Part shown: piece after piece, positions 12,641 to 25,143 of the stretch
Layout of the letters: every line of letters begins with the position of its first letter
How positions within the stretch are numbered: position 1 is the first letter of the stretch
Position numbers and translations under genes: made by a program
Notes under the pieces: generated by a model
The model's input: only the letters and a program-made list of their open reading frames with translations
The model's database searches: none
What the model was told of the DNA's origin: nothing
Source: Anthoceros angustus
Lineage: Eukaryota; Plantae; Anthocerotophyta
DNA: 64,000 nt
Reading direction: 5' to 3'
Assembly: GCA_010909165.1 (NCBI GenBank)
Contig: MU008158.1
Location: 575,252 to 639,251 of the forward strand

Positions 12641-14164
12641 ATGAAGCACAATGCGAAGGTGCGGCAACCGCCGGAAGGCTGCCTCCAGCTGGCCATGGCG
12701 GGGCTGCTCACAGGGGGCGGCCTCCTGGCACTGCTCACCCTGATCTGGCCCTCGCTGCTCCTCGGGGCGAGGCCCCTGCGATTGCAGGCCCCCGGGGCCG
12801 ACTCCGGAGAGCAGGGCAGCCTGGGAGGCCACGGCCGGCTGCGGCAGTTCGCGGAGCACGGCCGGGTGGCCGCTCTCTTCGTGCAGATGGGCGCGTACCG
12901 AGGCGGGGAGAACACATTCGCGGTCGTGGGCCTCTCGTCCCGCCGGCTGCACGACTTGGGCAACCCCTGGTTCCATTGCGACTGGGCGGAGCCCGGGAAG
13001 CGCGCGGTGCGCGGCTGGGTGCAGGTGCACAAGCCGGACTGGGGGCTGGGCCGGATCTACACCGTCCTGGTCCTGAATTGCTCCTTCCCCAGGCCGGTGG
13101 GAACGCGGGGGCGGGGAGGCTCCCTCCTGCTCACCGCCGGGTACGGGAACTCCGACAACTTCTCTCGCCCGGAGACGTTCGCGGCGCTGGAGGAGGCCGC
13201 GGGGGAGTACAACCCTCGGCTGTATTCCGGGCAGGACCCCCCAGCGTATGAGTTCATCTTCTGCGGCTCCCCGTTGTACGGTGACCTGAGCCCGCAGCGG
13301 ATTCGGGAGTGGGTGGCGTACCACGCGCGCCTCTTCGGCCCGAGATCCCTCTTCGTCTTCCACGACGCCGGGGGAGTTCAGGGCGGAGTCCGGGAAGTGC
13401 TGGAGCCGTGGGAGAAGCTGGGCCGGGTCGCCGTGGAGAACGTGCGGAACCAGGCCCGGTACGACGGGTACTACTACAACCAGTTCCTGGTGCTCAACGA
13501 CTGCCTGCACCGCGCCAGGTTCCTGGGCCGCTGGATCTTCTTCTTCGACGTGGACGAGTTCGTGGCGGTGCCGCCGGGGGAGACGCTGCAAGAAGTCATG
13601 GAGGAGCTCGGTAACTACACCCAGGTCATGATCCCGCAGCAGTTCATGTCCGCCCGGTTCTGCGCGGACAAATGGCGGGACTCCGATTCTGTGTAAGACT
13701 CTGGCTGAGGCCGCGCTGCCTCTGCCTGCAATATGGGTTAAATGCGTTAGGGTTTGATGGTTGATGTGGGTGGGTGGTGTTGCTTGTGTGGCAGCGACGA
13801 GGAGCACTGGGCAGTGGAGAAGCTGGCTTACAAGGCGGTGGATCCGGCGGGCAGGCAGCTGGACCCCAAGTACGCGGTGCAGCCCAGGAATGTGTTCGCC
13901 ACCGGCGTGCATCGCACAGAGAATTTTCAGGGATGGACCAAGTTTGCTGAGCCGGACAGGTTGCGGTATTACCATTTCCATGGCAGCCTCAACAACAGGG
14001 GCCCCGCGTGCCTGGAATTCCCTCCTCCGGATCCCAGCAACTCCTCTCTTTTCCGGAGCTCGGATGGCGCCGCGTTTGAGGTTGATTACGGGTTGGCGCG
14101 CTCCATTCCCTCGGTGAAAGAGTTTGAGCTGGAAACCATAGGACGGCAACCCTTCGTTCCATGA
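12641..14164 (+). CDS. GALS: GT92 GALS-like, copy 2; exons 12641-13692 and 13795-14164, about 473 aa
   Basis: Same motifs and same intron position (102 bp) as copy 1. Confidence 0.92.
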
Positions 14165-15889
14165 GTCTTGACGTGACAGAGCTTGCGTCCTTCAAGTTCG
14201 TCATCTCAGGAAGATGCGGCCGGGAATGGTCTCTCCTGCGTGTTCTGAGTCGTTGCTGCATGTGGTTCCACACTGGACCACATGGTTCCGCATGTGTCGT
14301 GCTAGGGTTGGAATGTGGAGTTCATGGTAACAGGTGGCCGGGTGTCACGCCAGCTTGCGACAACCCCTCACGGCCACAGGTGCAGGTTTGTCCAAGGATA
14401 TCAGATTATCTTACAGTAACTGCCCAGTGTGAAGACAATGAGGTCACGGGCGAGTCTGCCTTACCTGCAAGGTGCAATGGAAGCCTCTCCCAGCTAATGC
14501 TTTCTGATCTTCAAGTGCTAGCCGGTAAGCGAGTTGTGACAGAACCAGGGACTTCGCGTCTCAGTCTTTGACAAGCCGTAAGCAAGATGCAGACAGATGG
14601 CCATGTTCATGGCGCTGCTGTCATTCCTCGCAGCACCTCTGTCTGCCTGGAAATGTCCGCTGCAGCCTTCTGTTGCTGAAGCAAAGCCAGTGTCACACAT
14701 CAGCACAGCCTACTTCCTTGCCCTACACAACTCATCCATGAAAGAACACCTTGTACCTCGGATAAGTATCTGCCTCTGTCACCACATCCGCTCCTGGTCT
14801 CGCACATGACAAAGTACATCCCTTGCTCTCTATAAGAAGAAGCAAAGGTTGACGAACAGCGCTCAGTACAGCACAGCCATGGAAGCCGAATCAAGTTCAG
14901 CATGTCTCGAGGACGGACGAGGGCCAGCTCCATGGATACATAACTCGCACTTGCAGGCGAGTTGAACCTGCCGCGATCAAATGCGCATTAGAGCCGTTGG
15001 CGCAGTTAAGCAACCGGACTAGACGTTCATTGAAGCCGTGTTAATCGGAGTCCGCTGGCCAGTGCACGTATAGAGTGGCGGCAGCTCGACACGATCGCCT
15101 GAGAAGCAGGCCGCGTCTTCTGCCTTGGACCCTGCGCTGCGGGGTCCTGCGCCTGCCATCGTCTTTCCTCCTCGCGTCGCCCCTCCGATCTCTCACCCAG
15201 GCACCGGAGGCCGGAGAGGCGGACGACCGGTCCGACACCTCCCTTCTGCGTCATCTCCAATTCCACATTTTTCTCGGCCCGGCTCGGGCTGGGCGTCCCA
15301 GGCTCGCCTGGCATCCGGCGCGGATCTCGTGGCGCCTTTGCATGTCCCGCTCGCCGGCCTGGGTTATCGCATCGCATTGCACCTGCGGGGAAGGTGCCCG
15401 CGCTCTGAATCTCATCTCACGCCTGGAGCAGACGGGAGAACAGGAATTGAGTTCTCGCACTGGCTGCCATCACGCGAGCTTCGGGGGAGGAGGCGACGCC
15501 GGCAGGGCCTCGGGAGGAGGCCGGGGAGGAGGGTATGCGGGGTGCGGAGCAGGGTTGCATGTGGGCATGTATGTGGGTGTAGGGTTGGATCTGGCAGGGT
15601 AGAGTAGGCGCATTGGGTGGGCCAGGGAGTGGGGAATGCAGTACGCGGGCGATGCTGTGGCAGCAGGGAAGGAAGGGGTTGCATGCGCACAGCTGGGCAG
15701 GGGAATTTGAATTTGTTGGGTGACACACGGCAGGTCGGGAGAAGGTAGAGTAGGGAGGACGTATGACGAGGGAGCGTGTGGTTGTTGTTTCCAGGTGGTG
15801 GAGGAAGGGGTGCGGGGAGGAGGGGCGGGCGCAGGGGAGCTTGATATGGTAGGATGAGTGGGCATGACACGGTGCTGGTAGGCAGCTTC

Positions 15890-18397
15890 ATGCGCCGCTC
15901 GGCTAGTGCTGCCTCCGGTTCTGGATTGGCGTCGGCCGCGGTGCAGCCCATTTCTCCGCCCCCGCGCAGGATGGAGCCTGTGTCCAAGCTGCAGGCCCGG
16001 GGCATATCGCCCTTCCCGGCTGCCCATAAGTCGCAGCTGCCGCCTCGGGCGGTTTATCCGGGGCATCAGGCTGCTGGGTGGCGGGGATCGTGCCATGGAA
16101 ATGTATGGCTTGTGTTTGCAGTCCTGGCATTCTTTTCTGTCTCGCTCTATGCCTTCTCTATGACAAGAGGTGTGCAGTATTCCGCCCATTTTCGGCGCTT
16201 TAGTAACCGGGGTTATGGGATAGTAATCGATGCAGGTAGCAGTGGATCAAGATTGCATGTCTTCCAGTACGTTGAAGAGGGCCAGCTCCCTCGTGTAGAT
16301 CCCCGGTATTCGATCTCCAAGAAGGTGACTCCTGGGTTGTCCTCGTTTAGAGATAAGCCCGAGGCTGCTGGCCAGTCGCTCATTGACCTTATGGAGTTTT
16401 CTAAGGGAAACGTACCTGCAAAGGAAAGGCCTGCAACTAGAATATATCTTATGGCCACTGCTGGGTTGAGACTGTTAGACAAGGAGACGCAGGACAAGAT
16501 TTTGGAGTCCTGTAGAGCCGTTCTTAGGAGGTCAGGATTTCTGTTCAGGGATGAATGGGCCACTGTCATTTCAGGTCATATAGCCTGCCTCTTCTTTTTG
16601 CAACTCTTGTGCTCGACTATGTTGTGGCATGAATTGCTCCTGGCTTGGAGTTGTTTGAGGATGGTATGGTTGGGGTGTGCAGTCATGGAACACTGATGTA
16701 ATTACCTCTGCATTCTCGAAACAGGCACCGATGAAGGAATTTATGCTTGGGTTTCTGCCAATTATGTGCTGGGCACCTTGGGACGTGACCCGCATGAGAC
16801 TGTCGGTATTGTTGAATTGGGAGGAGCGTCAGCTCAGGTATATAGCAGCCTTTTGCTTGATTTTGTTTCTTGACCCATCAAAGTTCATCTTGACTCATTT
16901 CACTTTGGCTTTGCTTTGCAGGTAACATTTGTCCCTGACACACCCCCTCCACCACAGTATTTACAGATCCTGGACCTTGGTGGGGTTACCTACACTCTAT
17001 ATACTTACAGCTTCCTTGGCTTGGGGCAGGTGACGTTAACCTTAGTTCTTGACCATCCCAATTCATACGGATTTGCTTTTTTCTAGACAATGTCTCTGAG
17101 GTGTATCCTCGCGTTGTGGCATTTCAGGAGGCAGCATGGACGGCTCTCTTCAAACTGCTGTATTCTGGTGCTGTCAGGGCAGGCGAGTGCTTGTTTTGCA
17201 TAGCAGGTGCCTTGTTGGTGTGTCGCATGCAATGACCTCTTCCATTGCTCAGCCTGTTGTCTGTGTTCGACCTGCAGGGTTGCCTACTACAGAGGAAAAC
17301 GTGGTTGTAGATCCTTGTACTCCGAAGGGCTATGTTAGGAGTCTAGATGATGTGATATTAGCCTCTGTGCTACCTGGCTCTGGTGACGATAAGCGGCCAG
17401 TTTCAAGCATCCTTTCAGCTGGGAACTTCACAGAATGCCGTAAAGCCGCTCTCTCTCTACTTCAGAGAGGCAGAGGTATGTGAGTATTTCATAGCACAGG
17501 CAACAATCTGTTTCAATCGGGACTGTTGTTGCTGTTGTGGATGAAATATCCTTCTCTCATGAATGCCTAATTGGCAGGGGACTGTCTGTACCATCGTTGT
17601 GCCATTGGAACGGAATTCATTCCCAACCTCCGAGGAAAATTTTTTGGTACCGAGAATTTCTTCTACACGTCCCAAGTATGTGTCTTCACCCCATTCACAC
17701 ATTGCTTTCTATGATGGAGGCAGGTAGCTCTCAGAGACACTTGTCTGTGCGTCTGCGGTTGGCAGATGGTTTTTGCCTCTGAGTACTGAGACTCCTCTTG
17801 TCCGACTCTTGGAATCAGTTTTTCGGGTTGCCATCTAATGCAACTCTGACGGAAATCGAGGCAGCCGGAGTGCACTACTGTGAGAAGGACTGGAGTGCCC
17901 TACAGCTGCAGCACAACCAGATCCTAAAAGAAGACCTGCTGAAGTACTGCTTCTCCACATCTTACATTGTGGCGCTATTGCATGATGGCCTTGGTATTGC
18001 TATGCAAGATGAAAGGTCTGCCCCTGTCCCCACCCATGGTTATGCAGGAATGCGCACGTTGTGTTACCATTTTACTCACTTGCTGCCTCGGATACCTAGC
18101 TCTTAACCTTTGCTGTTGCCCATCACCAGAATGAAGTTCACAAACCAGGTCGGCAAGGTTGCTCTGGACTGGGCACTCGGTGCCTTCATTGTGCGAATGG
18201 GGGAAGACGGCCTCCAGCTACCGCCGGTTGGCCTGTTTGGAGACGAGGTGGTTACCGTACTTTCATTGATGGGCTCTGTTTGCATACTTGCATTTGTGCT
18301 ATGGTTTGTCATGCGCTGGCGAAGGCCACACTTGAAAACCATTTATGATTTGGAAAAGGGGCGGTACATTACTACAGCAACTCGGTTACATAGATGA
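15890..18397 (+). CDS. APY6: GDA1/CD39 apyrase (APY6-like), multi-exon; start could be 15854
   Basis: ACR1 VIDAGSSGSRLHVF, ACR2 LMATAGLRLL, ACR3 SG|TDEGIYAWVSANY, ACR4 VELGGASAQ, ACR5 DWALGA; N- and C-terminal TM segments and C-terminal KTIYDLEKGRYI; GT-AG introns. Confidence 0.9.
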
Positions 18398-18976
18398 TGG
18401 ACGTTTTGCTTAGGTCACAATTCAATGGGCAGCTTCACATTTTTGGGTTATCTCTGATGACTTTGGGACTCATCCCAGTCCCTTCCACGTTTGCCTACTA
18501 TTCCTCTATCACTTTCTGATGGTATAACTTGAGCCATGGTTTCATGCAGCTGCGGGCGCCAGGTTTCTGCCCAATTGGACGTACTCACCTTTCCCCCGTG
18601 TTCTTAATCGCCTGCTCTGGAACGACCTGTGACTCGTTTGATGGGGAGTAAAATCCAACGTCCGTCCGGAGGTTCCTTGTTCCATGCTTGCAGCTACTGT
18701 ACTGTATTGAAGACCTAATGTTCCAGATTGCCTAGGTCGTAATCTTGTATTATGCCGTGAGAATTAATAGTTTAAACGAATGGCCAACTAAAAGTTTACC
18801 GTAATCGATGTCGGCACTACCAGTCTGCAGACAGGAAAGAGTTGTTTGAGCGGAAAATATGTTCCACAATCTATTTCGCCATCAGCAGTTTCGCCGGGAA
18901 CCCTTTTCAGGGCTCTGCAACAAAGTCCTGGTTGTGCGAACAAGCTCGGAATGCTTCTGCGGAGATCCGTGTGGCT

Positions 18977-19846
18977 ATGGCGTCGTCTGCAGCGAGGCAC
19001 ACTGGGCTCAGGCTTCTGAAGTACCAGGCGGAGCTTCCAGCCTCCTTTCTGGCCATCCTGTCGTCCGCATCCGCGAGATCTGCAGCTGCTGGAGCTGGAG
19101 CTGCGGGGCCTGCCATCCACTCTGCTGCCGGCTCGGGGGTCGGCGCCGGAGCTTCCAGCTTCACACCGCTCTTGCAGCAGCGGCAACATGCATCCACATA
19201 CTCGGCTTCCTCGAGGTTTCCATACCATGTAGAGTGGGACTACCGGGGGCAGAGGCAAATTCTTCCCATTCAGGACTGGGTGCCGGATGTGGCTGTGAAT
19301 GCGTTCGTGGCTCCCAGCGCCGTGCTGGCGGGCTTGGTGGAGATACAGGACAGGGCGTCGGTCTGGTACGGGTCTGTGCTGCGAGGCGATTTGAACAAGA
19401 TTTTTCTTGGCTTCCTGTCGAATGTGGGGGACAGGTGCGTGATCCACGCCGCGGAGTCCTCTCCCACGGGTTTCTCGGCTGCCACGAGCATAGGGAGGAT
19501 GTGCACAGTAGGCGGCTTCAGCACCATCAGGTCCAGCACCATCGAGAACGAGGCTGTGGTCGGGCAGAGATGCGTGTTGATGGAAGGCTCCCTGGTCGAG
19601 AAGCATGCCTACCTGGGTGACGGATCAGTCCTCCCTCCTGGCAGGCGGATCCCTTCTGGAGAGCTATGGGCCGGCAACCCTGCCCGATATGTGCGGGACC
19701 TGACGAACGATGAGATTCTGGCCATCCCTAAACTGGCAGAGGCAATCCACGATGTGGCCGAGGATCATGCTGCCCAGTTCTTACCCTACAGTACAGCGTA
19801 TATTGAAGCTGAAGAACTCAGACACTATTCGGAACGCCTGCAGTGA
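18977..19846 (+). CDS. GAMMACAL: Gamma carbonic anhydrase-like protein (mitochondrial complex I CA domain), single exon
   Basis: WDYRGQRQI, VLRGDLNKI, MEGSLVE, VLPPGRRIPSGELWAGNPAR, FLPYSTAY; Ala/Ser/Arg-rich presequence. Confidence 0.93.
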   Translation: MASSAARHTGLRLLKYQAELPASFLAILSSASARSAAAGAGAAGPAIHSAAGSGVGAGASSFTPLLQQRQHASTYSASSRFPYHVEWDYRGQRQILPIQDWVPDVAVNAFVAPSAVLAGLVEIQDRASVWYGSVLRGDLNKIFLGFLSNVGDRCVIHAAESSPTGFSAATSIGRMCTVGGFSTIRSSTIENEAVVGQRCVLMEGSLVEKHAYLGDGSVLPPGRRIPSGELWAGNPARYVRDLTNDEILAIPKLAEAIHDVAEDHAAQFLPYSTAYIEAEELRHYSERLQ

Positions 19847-20291
19847 GTGAGGCATTTGATTTGGCAGTATAACTCTGAACGCAGGTGGGCCGCCAGGGAT
19901 TAGCAGCACTACTAGCATTTGCATCCTCTGATCTTTCAAGACAAGCCGGAATTGTATGCATCATTTTAGGTTATTTGGAACACTCTAAATGTCTCCTGTC
20001 GGGATGTTGCTGCCAGGCGTTTTGTGCTGCTGAAATGCTTCACATTCAGTGTTGTTGCTTGTCTTCCAGCTGCAATTGTCGCGATGGGCTGTTTAACTAC
20101 ACTCCCGCAACCTGAAAAAATCGTGCCTTCTCTAAATTCTTCCATTGGGTCTGTTGGACGCATGGAAATCCAGAGACATCTCCATATATATAACAAGTCC
20201 AGCCCGGATGCACACTCATCTACTGCCGGCAATGACCTTGCTTTGACGTAGGCTGTTAACAAGCGACCTCCTAGACTGCACTCATTCCTTC

Positions 20292-21060
20292 CTAACGCTT
20301 CGAGTACTGGGGACGCTTGCGTGCCTTGTGCAAACCGTACTTCTTCCTTTCCACAACTCGAGAATCTCGAGTGAGGAGGCCTTGTTTCTTGAGTGGATCC
20401 CTGTTTGCCTGGTTAGCAACCAGCAAAGCTCGTGCAACTCCTAGGAGAATAGCTTGGGCCTGAGCGGAGACTCCTCCTCCGTGAGCCTTGACGATAACGT
20501 CATACTTGGATTCAAACCCCAGGCTTACGAGGGGGAACTTCACAGCTTGCAGCCACACTGGATTTCCTTGAAGATAGTCCTGCCAGAGCGAAGGAGATCC
20601 CGCATTGAGAAAAAGCAAGCAGCCTCAGGCCACACATTTTTTCGCTCACCCTGACCAGCAATACATCACAGGAAACACGCACCTGCGCAGTGCGATTGTT
20701 GATGATGATCTGCCCGGTTCCCTCTACCAGGCACACTCGGGCTACCGCGCATTTGCGCCGGCCAGTACCGAGCAGGCGCTGCGCAGCGAATCCCCCCGGC
20801 AGCGACTGCTTCACGAAAGCCTCCAAATCTTGTCTCTCGGTCGGCGTAGCTACGGCGGCAGTCGCTGCCACCTCTAGAGCAGAAGCAGGATACCTTCTGG
20901 CTCTAGACTGCAGAGGCGCGATCCTCACAGCAGGCCTCAGGCTCAGCCCGCACAGGGAGGAGGACTTGCTGAAAGAGGTGGAACATTTTTCCGTAGAGCC
21001 GAGGGCAAGGGAGGCGAATGCCAGAGTCTGAGCCGCTACAGCGGCAGCTGCCATCGCCAT
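20292..21060 (-). CDS. RPS9: Plastid 30S ribosomal protein S9; exons 21060-20683 and 20579-20292
   Basis: Transit peptide, [54 protein letters not shown]; 103-bp GT-AG intron. Confidence 0.95.
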
Positions 21061-21262
21061 GGCAGCGTGGAGAAGAGAAAATGCACCCGATAGAACAGAT
21101 TGGATGGGGTTGTGGGTTTAGTGGTTAACCCCCCTCCCGGTGAAAAGCTCGACCCAGGCTAGGGCTTTCCGTCTCATTAAAAGACTTTGGTTTTAAATGA
21201 AGTAACTCATCAGAAGCCTTGCACTCGAAGTCGAAGCTAGGTCGAACGGACACATCGCAGGT

Positions 21263-22801
21263 ATGGACACCATGGCGAGCGACTGGATGAACTCTGCCCA
21301 CAGCATGGGGACAACGATTATGGCAGTGCAGTACAAGAATGGCGTCGTCTTGGGAGCTGATTCCCGAACCACCACTGGTAAGCTAATTTTGCTTGGTCTG
21401 CGCAGGATTTTCAATGTCCCCTCATTTCTAGGGGTGGCTTCAATCTGTTTTTCGCAGGAGTATATGTTGCGAACCGAGCTTCGGACAAAATTACCCAGCT
21501 TACGGACAACGTCTACCTTTGCAGATCCGGATCAGTATGTGCCTCATTCAATTGCGCACCACATGTCTAGGACCTTAACCATCTGGGAATTTTGTGAATT
21601 TGGATGTGATGCTCTTTGTGTCTCAGCTAGCTGCAGTGCTTAGCTTGGCTATCTAATTGTATGTCATGCAGGCGGCAGATACCCAGGTTGTTTCAGATTA
21701 TGTGCGGTACTTTCTGAATCAGCATACGTACGTGGTACTTCTAAGTGCAAGTCATGTTTTGTTGAAGATGACCCTGTTGGTATGAGGTTGCTTTATGGAA
21801 ATTAGTCCCTGATGGAGCTCCCGTTGTGTCCGTTTCAGAATTCAGCTTGGCCGTCCAGCGACTGTGAAGACCGCAGCTACCCTAATCCGGCAGTTATCGT
21901 ATCAGAATAAGGTAGAGTTGTAAGTCAGCGAGGACATTTTCCTTTCTTCTCCATGAGGAACAGCCAGTGCAACATTTCTGCATGTCTCTTGATGGGAATT
22001 GTGCTCCCTGACAGTCCATTTTACAAGCTGGCATGATTGTTGGTGGGTGGGACAAGTATGAAGGACCAGCGGTGTATGGCATACCTCTTGGCGGCACCTT
22101 GTTGCGCCTCCCGTTTGCTACTGGCGGTATGTGAAAACACAAGTCACATTCATAGATAGCCGAATGCCCTGCAAGGCACTCTTACAGGCTTCACAATATT
22201 GTGGCCGCACCCTGAATATTGCAAGGCTGACTAACATCTTCATGTGCCTTTGTTTGCTGCAGGATCTGGGTCTAGTTACCTGTATGGGTTCCTGGATCAT
22301 GCGTGGAGAGAAAACCTGAGTGAGGCAGAAGCAGAGGTTTTGTAACTTCTCGACAGCCCTCGTCTTTGGCAGAAGAAACTGCTGGCATGTTACAAGCTGT
22401 TCTATTTCCTGGCATTTGCTGTATGGTCTGCATGACAAAATGTCTTTGGTTGTTCAGGATTTGGTTGTGAAGGCAGTTTCCCTTGCGATGGCCAGGGACG
22501 GTGGGAGCGGTGGTGTTGTTCGGACTGTCACTGTAAGTTTTTTTTGGGGCTCTGTATGATCTACAGCTATTCGTGCTGTTACTTGGTTATGCTCCCTCAA
22601 CATCGTGTAAGAACCTACATGTCCCGATGGACAAACAAGAACGTCAGACTTCGCCTCTTCTGACCTGCTTAGTTTCGCTTTGTGTAGGTCAATGAAAAAG
22701 GAGTCAAACGTAGCTTCCATAGTGGGGACAAGCTTCCCCTCTGGCATGAGGAAATAGCACCGAGAGAAACACCCGTTGAGGTTGATGCTATGCACAGTTG
22801 A
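21263..22801 (+). CDS. PBA1: 20S proteasome subunit beta-1 (beta type-6), 8 exons
   Basis: Propeptide then G|TTIMAV...[59 protein letters not shown]; exons traced through GT-AG junctions. Confidence 0.95.
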
Positions 22802-23225
22802 TTGTCGTTTTGTCGTCCAGCAGGTAGAAAACCCAAACCAATATAAGGTAACTGTTCTAGGGACTGCTTGACCACAGTAGATGCAGAATGCACATTAAGC
22901 GCTGTTGTCCTGTGGTATTTCTGAAACAGAAGTTTAAAGGCAAGGGCAAATTGTACGATGTAGACGAGTTGCCGAGGGAGCATAGTATGGAGTTTGAGCC
23001 AATTCGTGTGTGATAGCCGAATGGCACTCTTAGGCAAATGTAGGTACGGCGTGCAGGAGCGTCCTGTCGGAAACAGTGTCTACTTTTCATCCTGGACGAT
23101 GCCCAGGCCCATTTGTTGTGGCCTTTTGTCTCCCAATTCATGGATTGTGTGGGAACGTTCTCATACTAAAAATCGTACTCTTAATACGCCCCGTGAAGGC
23201 ACTGCTCGTTAGGACTCCCCGATTA

Positions 23226-23253
23226 CTAGATTCTCTACCGACTGATAGTCGGT
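23226..23253 (-). mobile_element. Possible Helitron 3' terminus (hairpin plus CTAG|T)
   Basis: Minus strand reads ACCGACT-ATC-AGTCGGT (7-bp stem), 7 nt, CTAG, then T; no 5' end identified. Confidence 0.35.
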
Positions 23254-23648
23254 GACACAAAAAAACAGGTTTACCGCTTGTTCATGGGTATCGAAGTTCC
23301 TCATACGACGCTCCTGTACAATACACTTACGAGTTCAGGAATCGCCTATTTTCAACTATCAACTAAGACGTTACTAAACCAACCTGCTGGTACCCAAAGA
23401 ATTCATCGTTTCACGGTTTGTCCAATCATTGATTATACATAGCTGGGCAAAATAGCAGCTGTCTAAAAACTCAGTCCTCTCCTTTCTACTGGCAGAGTGT
23501 ATAACCTTGAACCAAGCGTGTAAAACCTGTTCTCGCATTGCCTCAAGGTGACACACACTCGATGAATGTTCATGATGGGCGAACGCTTCCATACAGATCC
23601 TTCCACACATAGAGGCCAAGCGGTTGGTCGCCCAGAAGGACCATGAGC

Positions 23649-25143
23649 TCAGGGCTCAAGCCGGGTATAATCTGGCTCGGAGACGTTCAATTTTGAGAGG
23701 CTGAACGATCTGGAGTAAGCTGGCCCAGAATCGTAAAACTCAAACCTCGTATACGCAGGCTTGGAGCCGGCAGAATTGTCCAAACCCTGCTGCACCTGCT
23801 GATGAGATGAATGGTCCCGGGAACTCCTACTCCAAGTACTGGATGACTTGGGGGTGTCCGAAGGGGTTTCACCGTCCTTGACTTCCATGGCCAAAGCTTC
23901 CGTGAGCTGTTTGACAACATCGCTCATCGTAGGCCGATGAATAGACCGAGGCTCCACACTAAACATGGCAACTTCTGCCACCTTGAGCAACGAGTCAATA
24001 CCATAGTCAGACCCCAGCAAAGGATCAACAATGGCTTCCGCATGGCCATCCTGCATCAGTTTCCTTGCCCACTCGCTAATCCGCCACCTCGACTTGGACT
24101 CCTCCTCTATCACAGGCTCCCGCCCAGAAATGATCTCCAGCAGCACAATCCCAAAGCTATAAACATCGCTCTTCTGGGTGAGCCGCAGCGACTGGAAGTA
24201 CTCCGGGTCCAAATACCCCGACGTCCCCTTCACGATCGTGGTCACATGGCTGGCATCCGAGTCCGCAGGAGTGAGCTTGGACAGCCCGAAGTCGGCCACC
24301 TTGGCCATCATATTCTCCGCCAGGAGTATGTTGCTGCTCTTGATATCCCTGTGAATAATTGCAGGGCTGCACTTGTGCAGATACTCCAACCCCGTTGCGG
24401 CATCCAGAGCAATGGTGAGCCTAGTCCCCCAGTCCAGCCCCTGGCTGTTAATCGGCTCATGCAGCTGCTCCTGCAACGTCCCCCCCGAGCAGTACTCGTA
24501 CACCAGCATCCGTTCATTGTCCTCGTTACAGTACCCCACCAGCGACACCAGGTTCTCGTGGTGCACTCTGGACAGCACGTGCACCTCGTTGTAGAACTCC
24601 TGCTCCCCTTGCTGCGAGTCCCCCGCCTGCACCTTCACCGCCACCTTCTGCCCCGACGGCAGCTTCCCGTAATACACCGGCCCAAACCCTCCCTCCCCGA
24701 TCTTGTGCATAAAATTACGGGTGGCCTTCTTCACCTGCGCCAACTGGAAAAGCTGCGTCTCGTAATGCCGCTCCTGGGACGGCGTCCGAGAGTGCGCCCG
24801 CGACCGCGGCTGCGACTGTGACTGCGACTGCGACGGCGTCCGAGGCCGCAACCTCGGGGGAACCGCCGCCCCCGCTGCGGGACCTCTCCCCTGCCCTGCC
24901 ACCGCAATCCTGAGCGCGGCCGGAGGCGGAGTGAAGGCCGCGGCCGGATTGTTGTGCACAGTCACCTTCTCCGGCGCTCTGCCTTTGCTCTTGAAGCACA
25001 CAACGTAGAGCGCCACGGCCAGAGCCACCACAATGAGCACCAAACCTCCCGCCACTCCCCAATCACCAGGCCATAGGTGCTGCTGCTAGTAGTGCTCTCC
25101 TCGTTGTTGACATTGGCCTTGAGGTTCCCAGGCTCCTCAACCA
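23649..25143 (-). CDS. Receptor-like Ser/Thr kinase with LRR-I-type kinase domain, one TM and little or no ectodomain; intronless from TM to stop; apparent frameshift at 25057-25060
   Basis: IGEGGFGPVYYG, VAVK, HRDIKSSNILL, DFGLSK, HVTTIVKGTSGYLDPEY, KSDVYSFG; adding one C to the CCCC run joins MVEEPGN...TYGLVIG to GVAGGLVLIVVALAVALYVVC. Confidence 0.85.

Noticed and set aside
12551-14149. 532-aa antisense ORF over GT92 copy 2, and the 300-aa one at 8760-9662
   Set aside because: Shadow frames: GC3-rich sense codons avoid TTA, CTA and TCA, so the antisense frame lacks stops; no recognisable domain.
15027-16189. Several 100-240-aa ORFs upstream of and overlapping the apyrase start
   Set aside because: GC-rich, purine-skewed promoter or UTR sequence giving low-complexity Pro/Gly/Arg translations.
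18788-19620. 253-aa alternative-frame and 272-aa antisense ORFs over gamma-CAL
   Set aside because: Explained by high GC content; no motifs.
21110-21170. Weak Pol III A/B-box-like words between RPS9 and PBA1
   Set aside because: No cloverleaf can be drawn and the B box has mismatches.
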